Assembly (NCBI GenBank): GCA_026396385.1
Contig: JAPLWV010000012.1
Location: 1 to 48,525 of the forward strand
Direction: 5' to 3'
DNA from: Candidatus Micrarchaeota archaeon
Lineage (GTDB): Archaea; Micrarchaeota; Micrarchaeia; Burarchaeales; Fermentimicrarchaeaceae
DNA length: 48,525 nt
Position 1 is the stretch's first letter. Each line of letters begins with the position of its first letter. The position numbers and the translations under genes are program-made. A model generated the notes under the pieces. The model saw only the letters and a list, made by a program, of their open reading frames with translations. It did no database searches and was not told where the DNA came from. Positions 18,460-28,130 of the stretch are shown here, one piece after another.

Positions 18460-19395
18460 ATGAGCGAGGCATGGAAAGAGATTAAGCAAACACCTCCACA
18501 AATGGCGGAGAAACCAAACTTATTTTTAGAGGAGATGGCAAGCAGAGTTAGACAGTTCTCCTCTTCTGAGCTCAAGAGAATTGGGGAAGATAGACCTGAG
18601 TATGTCCGCGAGCGTGTTAGAAAAAGACTCGAGGATAAGTTTCCAGCCGACCTTTCTTTTGAGATAAACGGAAGAATCTATGGGGTAACCTACAACGAAG
18701 GTGTCAGGCCACTCGACTTAACAGTGGTTAAGGCATTTATCTACCAGTTGGATGTTGCAGCAAGTAGGTTTCCCACTATTGAAGGATGCGACCCTTACAC
18801 GTATAGTGGTAAACAGCTTCCTATATTCGTAGATAGGGGAAGCGTAGGCCTATTCCAGTTCTACAATAGTTTTCAAATAAGAGTTGGCAGAGATGATATT
18901 GAGGACCTGGCTAAGTTTCCGAAAGACTATAAAGACATCTCCATGCAGATTCAGGGTTGTGCCTTTCACGAATTCATGCACATGCTTCGCGTTGACCTGT
19001 GCCTGAATAATATGATACCAAAAGGGTCTGCAAGAGAACTCGTAAGCCAACTTGGCGAGTTTTTGTATAACCCGAAGGAGAATAAAATGGCGAATGATAT
19101 GTTTAAAAAATTCATTGAAGGATTTAGGAAGGGCGAAAAAATCGGTTATCACGGCAACGATTGGATTACAATGGCGAGGATATTGCTCTGGGAGTATAGA
19201 CAGCTAACTCCGAGCTTTTCAATTCCTGAATCTCGTGAAGCGCAAATAGACCTAATTTCCAAACTGGATTCAGTGTATGCAGGCATGCCTCCAAAGCAAA
19301 GGGACGAAATTATAAAAAAATATGTGGTATTAAGCGACGAGGAAATAGAAAAACGCTCGGCAGCTTGTTCAAAAGAATTAAATCTTAAATTTTAG
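18460..19395 (+). CDS. Hypothetical protein with HExxH motif (possible zincin-like metallopeptidase)
   Basis: AFHEFMH followed about 16 residues later by a Glu-bearing helix (RELVSQLGE). Confidence 0.55.
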   Translation: MSEAWKEIKQTPPQMAEKPNLFLEEMASRVRQFSSSELKRIGEDRPEYVRERVRKRLEDKFPADLSFEINGRIYGVTYNEGVRPLDLTVVKAFIYQLDVAASRFPTIEGCDPYTYSGKQLPIFVDRGSVGLFQFYNSFQIRVGRDDIEDLAKFPKDYKDISMQIQGCAFHEFMHMLRVDLCLNNMIPKGSARELVSQLGEFLYNPKENKMANDMFKKFIEGFRKGEKIGYHGNDWITMARILLWEYRQLTPSFSIPESREAQIDLISKLDSVYAGMPPKQRDEIIKKYVVLSDEEIEKRSAACSKELNLKF

Positions 19396-19456
19396 CTAAT
19401 TCAAAAGGTATTTATAAGAACCTTGATATATAGTATGTCTGGTTGAAGGGGTAGCT

Positions 19457-20878
19457 ATGGTGGATGAAGGAGAATACAGCGAGGAGAATGCAGAGAGCTA
19501 CTACAAGACTGGTAATGAGTACTACGAGAAGGGCAACTTCGACCTCGCGGTGGAGTACTACAACAAGGCAATAAGAGCAGACCCCATGTTTGACAAGGCG
19601 TATTACAACAGGGGGCTGGCCTATGCCTGCAAGGAGGAGTATGACAAAGCTATTGATGATATAAACAAGATGATTGAGCTGAAGCCGAATTTTGCTGAAG
19701 CATACTACATTCTGGGGCTGGCTTACGAGTATAAGAACATGCCAGACAACGCTATTGAGAACTACGATAAGGCGCTGGAGCTAAACCCAGACTTCAAGGA
19801 TGCCCAGAATAGATTGGAGCTAGCAAAGAACAAGAAGGAGAAGGCTAAGCAGGTCACTACAACCGAGCCTGGCACCCTCATGAAAGTTGAGTTCATAGAG
19901 AAACCAAATATAAACTTTAAGGATGTTGCTGGAATGGAGCACACTAAGGAAGTCATAAACGAGCAGATAGTCTACCCATTCAAGAACCCCCAGCTGGCTA
20001 AGAAGTATGGAAAGAGTGCTGGAGGAGGCCTATTGTTCTACGGCCCTCCCGGATGCGGTAAAACTTTCATGGCAAAGGCAACTGCCGGTCAGTGCGACCT
20101 GAAATTCATACATGCCAGGATAAACGAAATTGTCGACATGTATGCTGGAAATACAGAGAAGAACCTGCACAGGGTTTTTGAGACTGCTAGAAAGAATAGT
20201 CCTGCCGTGGTCTTCTTTGATGAGATGGAGGCTATGGGAGGCAAGAGGGAGGGGGATATGCAGGGATTCCAGAAAATGGCAATCAACCAGTTCCTTGCGG
20301 AGATGGACGGGCTTGAGAGCACAACTGAGAACATTCTGGTGATAGGAGCAACAAACGCCCCATGGGATGTGGATGCTGCCCTCAAGAGGTCCGGAAGGTT
20401 CGGCAAAACAATATATGTCGGGCTTCCGGACAAGAAATCCAGGGAGGCGCTGTTCAAGCTCTACTGTAAAGACAGACCTGTCAAGGGAATATGGTGGGGC
20501 AGGCTTGCCCGAGCCAGTGAGGGGTATTCAAGTGCGGACATAAAGCAGCTTTGCGAGGATGCCGCAACAATACCTTGGAAGGAAGCATATGATGGAAAAA
20601 AGGAGAGGCCGATTGCGATGAAAGACTTCATGAAAGCAATAAGAAAGAGGAAATCCACCCTTACCGAGTGGTTCGGCACTGTCAGGAAGCAGCTCGTTGG
20701 GAAGAAGGAGAAGGTTGTGCAGGATGGGAAAGAGCACTGGGTTGAGCACGAGAGCAAGCTTTCACCTGAGGAGAGGCAACTTTACAACGACCTGGTAAAA
20801 GATGTCCGCCAGTATACTGAATGGAAGTACAAAATTCCAAGAATTATAAAGACTGAATTCTCTAAGTGGATTTTCTAG
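19457..20878 (+). CDS. TPR-repeat AAA+ ATPase (single Cdc48/Vps4-like AAA module)
   Basis: Three TPRs; GPPGCGKT, FFDE, ATNAPWDVDAALKRSGRF, GYSSADI. Confidence 0.92.
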   Translation: MVDEGEYSEENAESYYKTGNEYYEKGNFDLAVEYYNKAIRADPMFDKAYYNRGLAYACKEEYDKAIDDINKMIELKPNFAEAYYILGLAYEYKNMPDNAIENYDKALELNPDFKDAQNRLELAKNKKEKAKQVTTTEPGTLMKVEFIEKPNINFKDVAGMEHTKEVINEQIVYPFKNPQLAKKYGKSAGGGLLFYGPPGCGKTFMAKATAGQCDLKFIHARINEIVDMYAGNTEKNLHRVFETARKNSPAVVFFDEMEAMGGKREGDMQGFQKMAINQFLAEMDGLESTTENILVIGATNAPWDVDAALKRSGRFGKTIYVGLPDKKSREALFKLYCKDRPVKGIWWGRLARASEGYSSADIKQLCEDAATIPWKEAYDGKKERPIAMKDFMKAIRKRKSTLTEWFGTVRKQLVGKKEKVVQDGKEHWVEHESKLSPEERQLYNDLVKDVRQYTEWKYKIPRIIKTEFSKWIF

Positions 20879-21846
20879 CTTATCCTGTCTATTACTTTAA
20901 CTGCTCCTTTTATGCCAAGCAAGTCAACCATCACGTTCATGGAGCGTGTCATTAGGGCAAAGGCAACGCTCTCGTATGGGGGAACACCGAACAAGTAGAG
21001 CACTGCGGCAGTGCCTCCCTCTGATAGACCCATTCCGGCAAGCGTTGGGGCTGGTATGAACTGGAGCATTGTTATAAGCGGTTGGAGGAAGGCGAAGAAA
21101 ATAATTTCTGGCAGCTGGGAATTCACCTGCATGCCAACGCTCTTCGCCACAAGCAGCCATTCCAGCGATTTCAATGCCCACGTTATGGAGAGGAGTACAG
21201 TTATCTGGGGGATGAATTTCCTCACAGTTCTGGAGTTCCTCTGCATGTCTGAAAGAAGGGAGTGGACATGATCGCCGTAGGGAAACATCCTTATGAAGGA
21301 GATGCTCTTGACAAACTTGCTTGAGAAAAGCAACAGCGCCATGAGCACTACCATTGCTAAGAAGATACCGAACCCTATTATCATTCCAATGAACTTCATC
21401 TCGCCCCCAGTTTTGTATGAGATGAGTTCCAGTATGTACCACATTGCAATCGCCCCTGTTATGCATTTGAAGGCGAATTCGAACAGCTGGGGACCGAATA
21501 TGGAAAGCATTGATTTGTGCAGTTTTATTTTTGAGTTGGCAGTTATGAGGAATGCGGTTGCGAAGTAGCCTGTCCTGCCAGGAGTGAAATCTGAGGCGAG
21601 CATCCCCGACAGGCCGGCCTCCGTGGAATCGGCCAAACTTATCTTCTCATTTAAACCATTGAGGAGCATTCTTATCCTGAACCCCATGAGAATGTTGATT
21701 GCAAGGTAGACCAGCATGGATGCGAGCAGGTAGGATAGATTGATCCTCCATATTATTGCCAAAACCTTATCAAAATCCGAGAGGTATAAAACAACAGCAA
21801 TGGCAAGCAGAGAGACGAGAATTTGGATTAGGGTTGATTTCTTCAT
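20875..21846 (-). CDS. Lysylphosphatidylglycerol synthase TM-domain / flippase-like membrane protein
   Basis: Multi-TM; SDFTPGRTG and PTLAGMGLSEG motifs. Confidence 0.85.
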   Translation of the reverse strand: MKKSTLIQILVSLLAIAVVLYLSDFDKVLAIIWRINLSYLLASMLVYLAINILMGFRIRMLLNGLNEKISLADSTEAGLSGMLASDFTPGRTGYFATAFLITANSKIKLHKSMLSIFGPQLFEFAFKCITGAIAMWYILELISYKTGGEMKFIGMIIGFGIFLAMVVLMALLLFSSKFVKSISFIRMFPYGDHVHSLLSDMQRNSRTVRKFIPQITVLLSITWALKSLEWLLVAKSVGMQVNSQLPEIIFFAFLQPLITMLQFIPAPTLAGMGLSEGGTAAVLYLFGVPPYESVAFALMTRSMNVMVDLLGIKGAVKVIDRIS

Positions 21847-21927
21847 GTTAGATCGGTGGATAGCTTTAAGGTCTTCTCATTTTTTAAACTTTACAGTCAT
21901 TAATCTATTAGAGGTGCTGGGGTAAGC

Positions 21928-22908
21928 ATGAGTGGGGAGATAGTGCAGAATCTAGAGCTTCTTTTCAAGAAATTCGTTAAGAAAGCTAGAATCCGCACCG
22001 ATTGGGGAATTCTCGCAAGAACAGAGAGGTATCTTGCACCCTATGTGAATGTTTTAAGGAGCGAACTTAGTGCCTCAGAGTGGACTGTCTTAATAGCACT
22101 CTCCTCAATGATGGGTTTCATCATCCTGCTGCTTCCCGCGTATGCGCTTACCGAATCACCTGAACTCGCGCTTCTGTTCTCACTTATAGGTGCAATATTC
22201 ATCGGTTATGTTTTCATAACAATACCAACAATGCTGGCGTTCATGAAAGTGGAGAGGATGGAGAGGGCAATGCCTATGTTTCTTTCCCACTTGACTGCAG
22301 TCTACGCTGATAGGAAGAATATGAGGGATGCTCTGCTCAGCGTCATGCCCATGGATTACGGCCCGCTTTCCTATGAACTGAGGGAATCAATCTCCAATTT
22401 TGAGGTGAGCGGAAATCCTATAACCGCCTTCAGGAGATTGAGGGAGACAATAAAATCCAGAAGGATAAACAGGGCTTTCGATCTTATAATCAAATCAATA
22501 GAAGGCGGTGTGAATGTTTCGGAGTCCCTCGGCATACTGACGAATAACATAACATCTGACTTGGAGGCGGAGGCAGAGAAGAGCAGCAGGATAGGGATGT
22601 CAACTTGGATGATTTTCCTCTCATCATCGTTCTTCTACCCACTCTTCGCTGGAGTGGGCTACAATATCACTTTGATATTGGAGGGGCTGATGGGTGCACC
22701 TCTCTACTCCAGTATAGAGAAGCAATTCCTGTTATTCAGCCTGCTCATGTACATGCTGATGGGAACTGCGCTTGATTCCATGTTCGTAGGGCAGGCGAGG
22801 TACGGCTCGTTTAGGAGAGGATTGGTGATAGTCTTCCCATTGATGTTGCTCATGGCTTGTGTTGTTTTCATTATTTCAATGAAACTTACTGGAATATTCG
22901 TGGGGTGA
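21928..22908 (+). CDS. Type II secretion system F / TadC-like pilus membrane platform protein
   Basis: MERAMPMFL...YGPLSYEL...GNPITAF..L...IKS...GVNVSESL pattern with flanking TMs. Confidence 0.82.
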   Translation: MSGEIVQNLELLFKKFVKKARIRTDWGILARTERYLAPYVNVLRSELSASEWTVLIALSSMMGFIILLLPAYALTESPELALLFSLIGAIFIGYVFITIPTMLAFMKVERMERAMPMFLSHLTAVYADRKNMRDALLSVMPMDYGPLSYELRESISNFEVSGNPITAFRRLRETIKSRRINRAFDLIIKSIEGGVNVSESLGILTNNITSDLEAEAEKSSRIGMSTWMIFLSSSFFYPLFAGVGYNITLILEGLMGAPLYSSIEKQFLLFSLLMYMLMGTALDSMFVGQARYGSFRRGLVIVFPLMLLMACVVFIISMKLTGIFVG

Positions 22909-22912
22909 GTAT

Positions 22913-23191
22913 ATGACGTGCATATCGATTGAACTTGCAGTGGCGATGTTGTTCTTCGCTGGAGCGATAATACTCTTCAGGGAATACCAGAATATGAAGA
23001 CGCTGAACATTCTGAAGAAGGAGAGCGACGACTTGAGGGATGCAATATATGCGCTGCAGAAGGAGGAGAAGAACTTCAGGGAGAAGGATTTCAGGAAGCT
23101 GCTGGGCGACTTCAACAGGCTCAAGGAAAGGGCTGATGAATCGGAAAGCGAGAATATAAGGCTGAAGAAGAGCTTAGGAAACAGAAAATGA
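22913..23191 (+). CDS. Small protein with one TM and a coiled coil
   Basis: N-terminal hydrophobic helix, charged heptads, GGTGA RBS. Confidence 0.7.
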   Translation: MTCISIELAVAMLFFAGAIILFREYQNMKTLNILKKESDDLRDAIYALQKEEKNFREKDFRKLLGDFNRLKERADESESENIRLKKSLGNRK

Positions 23192-23518
23192 AGTGCTCAA
23201 CCCGCTGCTGGGGTCGGTCACATTTACCATCACAGGGTAGCTTGAGGAATCTATGGACACCTTCAGCCCATAGCTGTTTGAGAGCGAGTCTACTATTGAA
23301 GTAGCCCACTGCACCCTTCCTTTTTCATCAACATGCCTGTAACTCCTTGTTATTATATTTCTCGCAATCGCTATTCTGTCCGAATGTATCTCGGCAGACA
23401 CCATGGAGCGGTAGTTCTTGCTGGCTATGTACTGCGAGTGCGAGCTAAGCAGAAATACGAAACCCAGCATGAAGACTGAGAGCACAAGCAAACCTGCAAA
23501 TCCTCTTCTCATCGCCAT
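23174..23518 (-). CDS. Class III signal peptide (pilin-like) protein
   Basis: RRG/F followed by a hydrophobic helix; last gene of the overlapping operon. Confidence 0.75.
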   Translation of the reverse strand: MAMRRGFAGLLVLSVFMLGFVFLLSSHSQYIASKNYRSMVSAEIHSDRIAIARNIITRSYRHVDEKGRVQWATSIVDSLSNSYGLKVSIDSSSYPVMVNVTDPSSGLSTSFSVS

Positions 23519-23946
23519 AAGCTCACCCGGATAAGCCTGCTGTCAGCTCCTCCTTTCAGCGGAATTATTACTGGGAACTGTTCCCTGCGCGTAAGCGGTG
23601 CGCTACTTATCTGGACCGAGAATGAACTGGAGCCTTCTATATCAACATCAATCCTGCTCACCCCCAGCAGCTTGCCGTAGTTGTACAGCCTCAGACTCAG
23701 CGAATTGATCTCGCCTCCCGAGAGGTATCCCTTGAATTCAAGCCCTCTGGCTATTGTTGAGTATAACATCTCATCCTCATAGAAGGCATTCACAATGTCA
23801 TAGCCCGCCCTCTCCAGAGCCAGATCCCCCGTCTCGTGCCTGTCCTGCGGCCATGCTGCAAACAGCGAATAGGAAAGAATAATTGCAAGGAATAGGGAGA
23901 GCACGCCGTCTATTATCATTGCCTGGGCTTTCTTAAGACTCGGCAT
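23509..23946 (-). CDS. Class III signal peptide (pilin-like) protein
   Basis: KKA/QAMIID followed by a hydrophobic helix. Confidence 0.78.
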   Translation of the reverse strand: MPSLKKAQAMIIDGVLSLFLAIILSYSLFAAWPQDRHETGDLALERAGYDIVNAFYEDEMLYSTIARGLEFKGYLSGGEINSLSLRLYNYGKLLGVSRIDVDIEGSSSFSVQISSAPLTRREQFPVIIPLKGGADSRLIRVSLWR

Positions 23947-25201
23947 AGTTCACCACCAAGCGGTAGTTGAAGCTTCCATGTATTGCACCAAACGAAAGCG
24001 TGTTGTCTCCTCCCTTCAGGTACTTTGAAATGTCGGTAACTGAATTGGCTGGGATAGAGTTGCCATTTACTGCGATGCCAGTCACAGTGCTGGGATCTGC
24101 AGTCTCACTTAGCGAGGCGTAGTAGGTTATTACAAGAGTTGCATCTCCTGCCGCAACATTCGAACCATAACCGCCAGGCGGGCATGGACTGCTTGCTGGC
24201 TGCATGGTGATGCTTACTGTGTTCAGACCGGGTTTTACAACGTCTAAGGGGGCTGCTGTCTTGACGCCATTAACGTATATCTCCATTGAACCGCTGAGCG
24301 GGTGATTGTATAGCAATGAACCTGTTATGAAGCTTTCCTGGGGTATCTCGACAGTGCCCTGCTGGCTGAAGAAGTTTGATGAACTGATTCCTTCCGAGTC
24401 TCCTCCAGAAGTACATGGGGAGATTTGGGAATACCCATAAGAAGCTTGCGCGCTTGCACTTCTATCCTCGTACAGATGGGCATCCGTTATCTCAAGCACG
24501 GCTGAATAGATCACCGCATCCTGGGGCAGCGAGAAAATCTCTGTGTACGTGGAGGTGTCCTTCGCAACTACCTTCTTGTCTATGTTGAATGTCCTTACAA
24601 AACCGCTTGCTGGTGCCCTCGCATCAAGGACGGTGAAATTAGTCCTCACAACCACTGACTCATTCGTTAGTGGATTCACAAGCACGCTCCCATTATCGTC
24701 CTGCGCCACTGCTGTGACGTTATAAACGCCTGGGTTGGAGGGCACAAATGTTGATGTGATGGTGTGCGAGATGACCACTGTGACATTGTACTCATCCGAA
24801 ACGGAAAGGGAAGTTTCATTGCCAGATGCGTTCACAACCCATATGAGGAGATGCGGCACCTTCATCGGGTTGGGGTAGTTGTTCCATGCTGTGAGCTGTA
24901 TCATCGAAGGCTGGTAGAGGAAGTACGGCTCGCTCTTTTTAATCTCGAGAGAAACCAAACTGGCATTCGCGTACTCTCCTGAGCTTCCAGAGACGGGGTA
25001 GAAGCCTGTGCCGAAACTCTCATTGCTGAGATATGTGAGCAGGCCAGTTGATGCGTTCTCCACACCTCCGCGTGTTGCGGAGTAGGCTCCCTGCTGAACC
25101 TTCATTATCTCAGACAGGCTCATCACTCCAGCGAGCACTACGAGCACAACTGCGGAGAGTATCAGAAGAAATTCTATAGAAGTCTGAGCTCTCACGGCCA
25201 T
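23933..25201 (-). CDS. Large class III signal peptide protein (minor pilin / adhesin-like)
   Basis: RA/QTSIEFL motif; beta-rich Ig-like extracellular domains; one Cys pair. Confidence 0.85.
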   Translation of the reverse strand: MAVRAQTSIEFLLILSAVVLVVLAGVMSLSEIMKVQQGAYSATRGGVENASTGLLTYLSNESFGTGFYPVSGSSGEYANASLVSLEIKKSEPYFLYQPSMIQLTAWNNYPNPMKVPHLLIWVVNASGNETSLSVSDEYNVTVVISHTITSTFVPSNPGVYNVTAVAQDDNGSVLVNPLTNESVVVRTNFTVLDARAPASGFVRTFNIDKKVVAKDTSTYTEIFSLPQDAVIYSAVLEITDAHLYEDRSASAQASYGYSQISPCTSGGDSEGISSSNFFSQQGTVEIPQESFITGSLLYNHPLSGSMEIYVNGVKTAAPLDVVKPGLNTVSITMQPASSPCPPGGYGSNVAAGDATLVITYYASLSETADPSTVTGIAVNGNSIPANSVTDISKYLKGGDNTLSFGAIHGSFNYRLVVNYAES

Positions 25202-25557
25202 ACCTTCACCTCCATAAGAACGGACTGGTTGTTGACAAAAACCAATCTCCTAGCTGAATATACATTGACGTTGTCGGGCGCATAACTCCCGAAATGCGCC
25301 TCACCGATACTGACCTCAACTTTGTCCCTGAAAGTTGTATTAAGCTTTACCAGATCCACGTTTCCTCTCGGGTCCACATACCTCTTCGCTATCATGTCTG
25401 CAATATTGTCGGCAACCAAGTTCATCCTCTCATCCGCTATGTAAAAGTTGGTTCTCTTCTCAAGAATTAAAAAATTCGAACCGAGCAGCATCAGGGCTAG
25501 GAAAGCGACCAGAATGGAAAGCATTTCCTCGCCAAATATCAATACTCCTTTCCTCAT
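25192..25557 (-). CDS. Class III signal peptide (pilin-like) protein
   Basis: MRKG/V followed by a hydrophobic helix. Confidence 0.75.
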   Translation of the reverse strand: MRKGVLIFGEEMLSILVAFLALMLLGSNFLILEKRTNFYIADERMNLVADNIADMIAKRYVDPRGNVDLVKLNTTFRDKVEVSIGEAHFGSYAPDNVNVYSARRLVFVNNQSVLMEVKVWP

Positions 25558-25982
25558 CCACTTCCCTCCATTACAAGGAGCTTACCTCCATCCGTTTGAG
25601 TTAGGGATACCCTTAATCCCTCAAGAGGGGTGCCTGCTGTTGTGCTGGCGGAAGGATATCCATCAGGAGTTACTATAACCTTGTTTGAGCTGAAGCTTAT
25701 GCTGTAATCCACCTCTTTTGAGAAGCTGACTCCTCGGAGCTTATTTGGGAGCATGAGAGAGATTGAACAGCTGCCTTCCCTGCACAGGTTCCTCTGCAGT
25801 ATGTCCGCTGAATTTGCTATTCTCTGCGCGAGCATAACTGATGCCATATTTATCTGGTTATTCTCCTCGCTCCTCCTTATCTGCATAGTGAAAACCAAGG
25901 AGGACAGGAAGAGCAGCAGAACTGCCGCTATGGAGACGTACAGCTCTATGGATATCTGCCCTCTAGTATATGAATTCAACAA
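25554..25982 (-). CDS. Class III signal peptide (pilin-like) protein
   Basis: RG/QISIEL motif. Confidence 0.85.
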   Translation of the reverse strand: MLNSYTRGQISIELYVSIAAVLLLFLSSLVFTMQIRRSEENNQINMASVMLAQRIANSADILQRNLCREGSCSISLMLPNKLRGVSFSKEVDYSISFSSNKVIVTPDGYPSASTTAGTPLEGLRVSLTQTDGGKLLVMEGSG

Positions 25983-26379
25983 TCACTTCACCCGTTTTCC
26001 TGCAGTACATCCTTGCCACATGTCTTCCTCCAGATAGCGTGAAATTGCTGGGGAGGATGGATAACCTGTAAGGAGTCACCCTGTTGAGGCTCACCCCGCG
26101 GAATGTGAATGAGGTTATGTACTGACCATCAGCAATTCGCGTCTGGGAGTAGTTCGTCAGCCCATCAGGCACATATATCGATATTATCCTCTGAGAGCCC
26201 TCAACCATCACATCCGCATTCCCGTAAATCGTTTCAATAGAATCCGCGAACCTTGCTGTTGAAAGAGAGGGGCCTATGCTTCTGACACCTCCCTGCAATG
26301 AGTATAGTGTGAAGATGAGCAGCGTTACACCTACTGCTAATATGAGAAGGAATTCGACGCTTGTTTGACCCCTCAACAT
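25963..26379 (-). CDS. Class III signal peptide (pilin-like) protein
   Basis: MLRG/QTSVEFL; start moved to ATG 26379. Confidence 0.85.
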   Translation of the reverse strand: MLRGQTSVEFLLILAVGVTLLIFTLYSLQGGVRSIGPSLSTARFADSIETIYGNADVMVEGSQRIISIYVPDGLTNYSQTRIADGQYITSFTFRGVSLNRVTPYRLSILPSNFTLSGGRHVARMYCRKTGEVIVEFIY

Positions 26380-26383
26380 GGCA

Positions 26384-26611
26384 TCAAGTGCTATTTGTAT
26401 TGTTTGTCGAGTTTCTGAGCTCATTCAGTTGTCCTTCTATAGCCTGCACTGGAGACTGACTCTTATTGTCTATTGTCACATTGCCCTGAGTGCTGGACCT
26501 GAGCTCTTTAATCGTTAAGAAAAGGCTTATCATCAGCAGCACAACAACTGAGATTAGCAGTAGGTACTCTATTGTGGTTTGGGCTTTTTTCAACTGGGGG
26601 AGTGTTTTCAT
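26384..26611 (-). CDS. Small class III signal peptide protein (candidate major pilin)
   Basis: KKA/QTTIEYLLL; 75 aa; first gene of the operon with GGTGA RBS. Confidence 0.85.
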   Translation of the reverse strand: MKTLPQLKKAQTTIEYLLLISVVVLLMISLFLTIKELRSSTQGNVTIDNKSQSPVQAIEGQLNELRNSTNNTNST

Positions 26612-26661
26612 GATCTCACCATCCGCAATATATTGGGGGGCAGATTATTTAAACGCTATAC

Positions 26662-27366
26662 CTATAGTTTGGCGTACTTTTCCTTCATCTCCTTGAGCTT
26701 GCCACAAGAGAACTCTCCCTCTGGACAGGTTCCCAGCTGGACACATGAAGGGCCTGCCTTCTCAAATATGACAGGGGCAACTTTCCTGCACTCCTTCGCC
26801 ATCATCTCGGCAAGCTCTCTTATCTCCCACTGCGCCCTCTCACAGCATCGCAGGGAGAAGAAGTGAAGCAACTCCCTGCCGTTCATTGTTATAGTGATTG
26901 TGGTCTTCGTGGCATTGGGGAGTATGTACCTCGCATCCTCAACCGGTATGCCAGTCTCTATGAGCTCATCATAATTCTTCCTTATTTCAGAAAGGGCTGC
27001 CTTGAAGAGCTTTGAAGCCTTTTCACTTGCTTTTATGGTTGCGGGAATTACGAATGCATCCTCTCCGCTTACTCTCACATACCTCTGGCTCTGCTGGGTG
27101 TAGGATGCCATCCTGTGCCTGACAAGCTCGTGGGTGAGGGCCCTTGAAACTCCGGAAACGCTGAATGTGAATGAGACATGCTCCGTGACAGATGCGTGGC
27201 CGGATTTGATTATCTCCTTTAGCAGCTTCAGCGCCTTCTCCTTCGCCTCTGTCGAACTGGCCTTTTCAAACAGTTCTGCAGGTGAGAGGTTGCTTCTGGA
27301 AGTCCTTGCTGCAACTGCACACACCAAGTCGGGATGGGGAGTATACGCTATGAGTTTTACTTCCAT
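26662..27366 (-). CDS. thyX: FAD-dependent thymidylate synthase
   Basis: GHASVTEH, SRALTHELVRHR, SQRY, EDARYILP, AQWEIR. Confidence 0.97.
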   Translation of the reverse strand: MEVKLIAYTPHPDLVCAVAARTSRSNLSPAELFEKASSTEAKEKALKLLKEIIKSGHASVTEHVSFTFSVSGVSRALTHELVRHRMASYTQQSQRYVRVSGEDAFVIPATIKASEKASKLFKAALSEIRKNYDELIETGIPVEDARYILPNATKTTITITMNGRELLHFFSLRCCERAQWEIRELAEMMAKECRKVAPVIFEKAGPSCVQLGTCPEGEFSCGKLKEMKEKYAKL

Positions 27367-27432
27367 GAAAAAACCTCCGAATAATCTTTAAAGGAGAAGA
27401 TATAAAAATGTTGTAAGGGGCAATTAACTTAC

Positions 27433-27519
27433 GCGGGGGTGTCAGAGCCTGGTCTAATGAGCAGGGCTTAGGACCCTGTGCGCTTAGGCGCTTCGTGGGT
27501 TCAAATCCCTCCCCCCGCA
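27433..27519 (+). tRNA. tRNA-Leu(TAG)
   Basis: GCGGGGG/CCCCCGC acceptor; CAGGG-CT TAG GA-CCCTG; long variable arm; TTCAAAT T-loop. Confidence 0.95.
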
Positions 27520-27531
27520 TAAGGTAATCAA

Positions 27532-28044
27532 ATGAAGATTAGACACGCCACAGAAGACGATTTGGAAGAAATGGTCAGAGTGGATAGGAAAGCATATGGA
27601 GAATATGGCGCAAGCAAAAAATTACTTTTTAAAAAACTATCAGCCTTTCCCCAAGGACTTTTGGTCGCAGAAGATAAGGGAAGGATAACTGGTTTTACAG
27701 TTTTTGAAATAATGGAGAAGGATGATGTGCCAGAAAGTTTTTGCGATATGAAACTTCTAAAACCGATTGATGGCAGGTGGATGCACCCTACCATATTCAC
27801 CACTAAAACTGACTATAGAGATAAAAAATCGGATTCTAGGCTTCTTTTGGCTGCCGAGAAAATCGCCAAAAGCCTAGGATGCGTAGAGTCATGCGTACCT
27901 CTAAGCAAAAACCATCCGTTTAGAGATAATGGCGCATTTGAATTTTGGGAAGATAACGGTTATGAGAACATTGGAGGGATAGAGTGGATGCCTAACCCAA
28001 AAGAATCTGTTGAGTGTTACCTTTATAGAAAAAAATTGGGATAG
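27532..28044 (+). CDS. GNAT family N-acetyltransferase
   Basis: MKIRHATEDDL, LVAEDKGRITGF, motif A-like YRDKK..SRLL..AE, FWEDNGY. Confidence 0.8.
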   Translation: MKIRHATEDDLEEMVRVDRKAYGEYGASKKLLFKKLSAFPQGLLVAEDKGRITGFTVFEIMEKDDVPESFCDMKLLKPIDGRWMHPTIFTTKTDYRDKKSDSRLLLAAEKIAKSLGCVESCVPLSKNHPFRDNGAFEFWEDNGYENIGGIEWMPNPKESVECYLYRKKLG

Positions 28045-28130
28045 TTATATGTTGGAATACTGTACAGCTCTGCTACCCCCACCTGCGGAATATATAAAAA
28101 GAGTGAGCGCTGAAGGCAATCCTTCCATTC

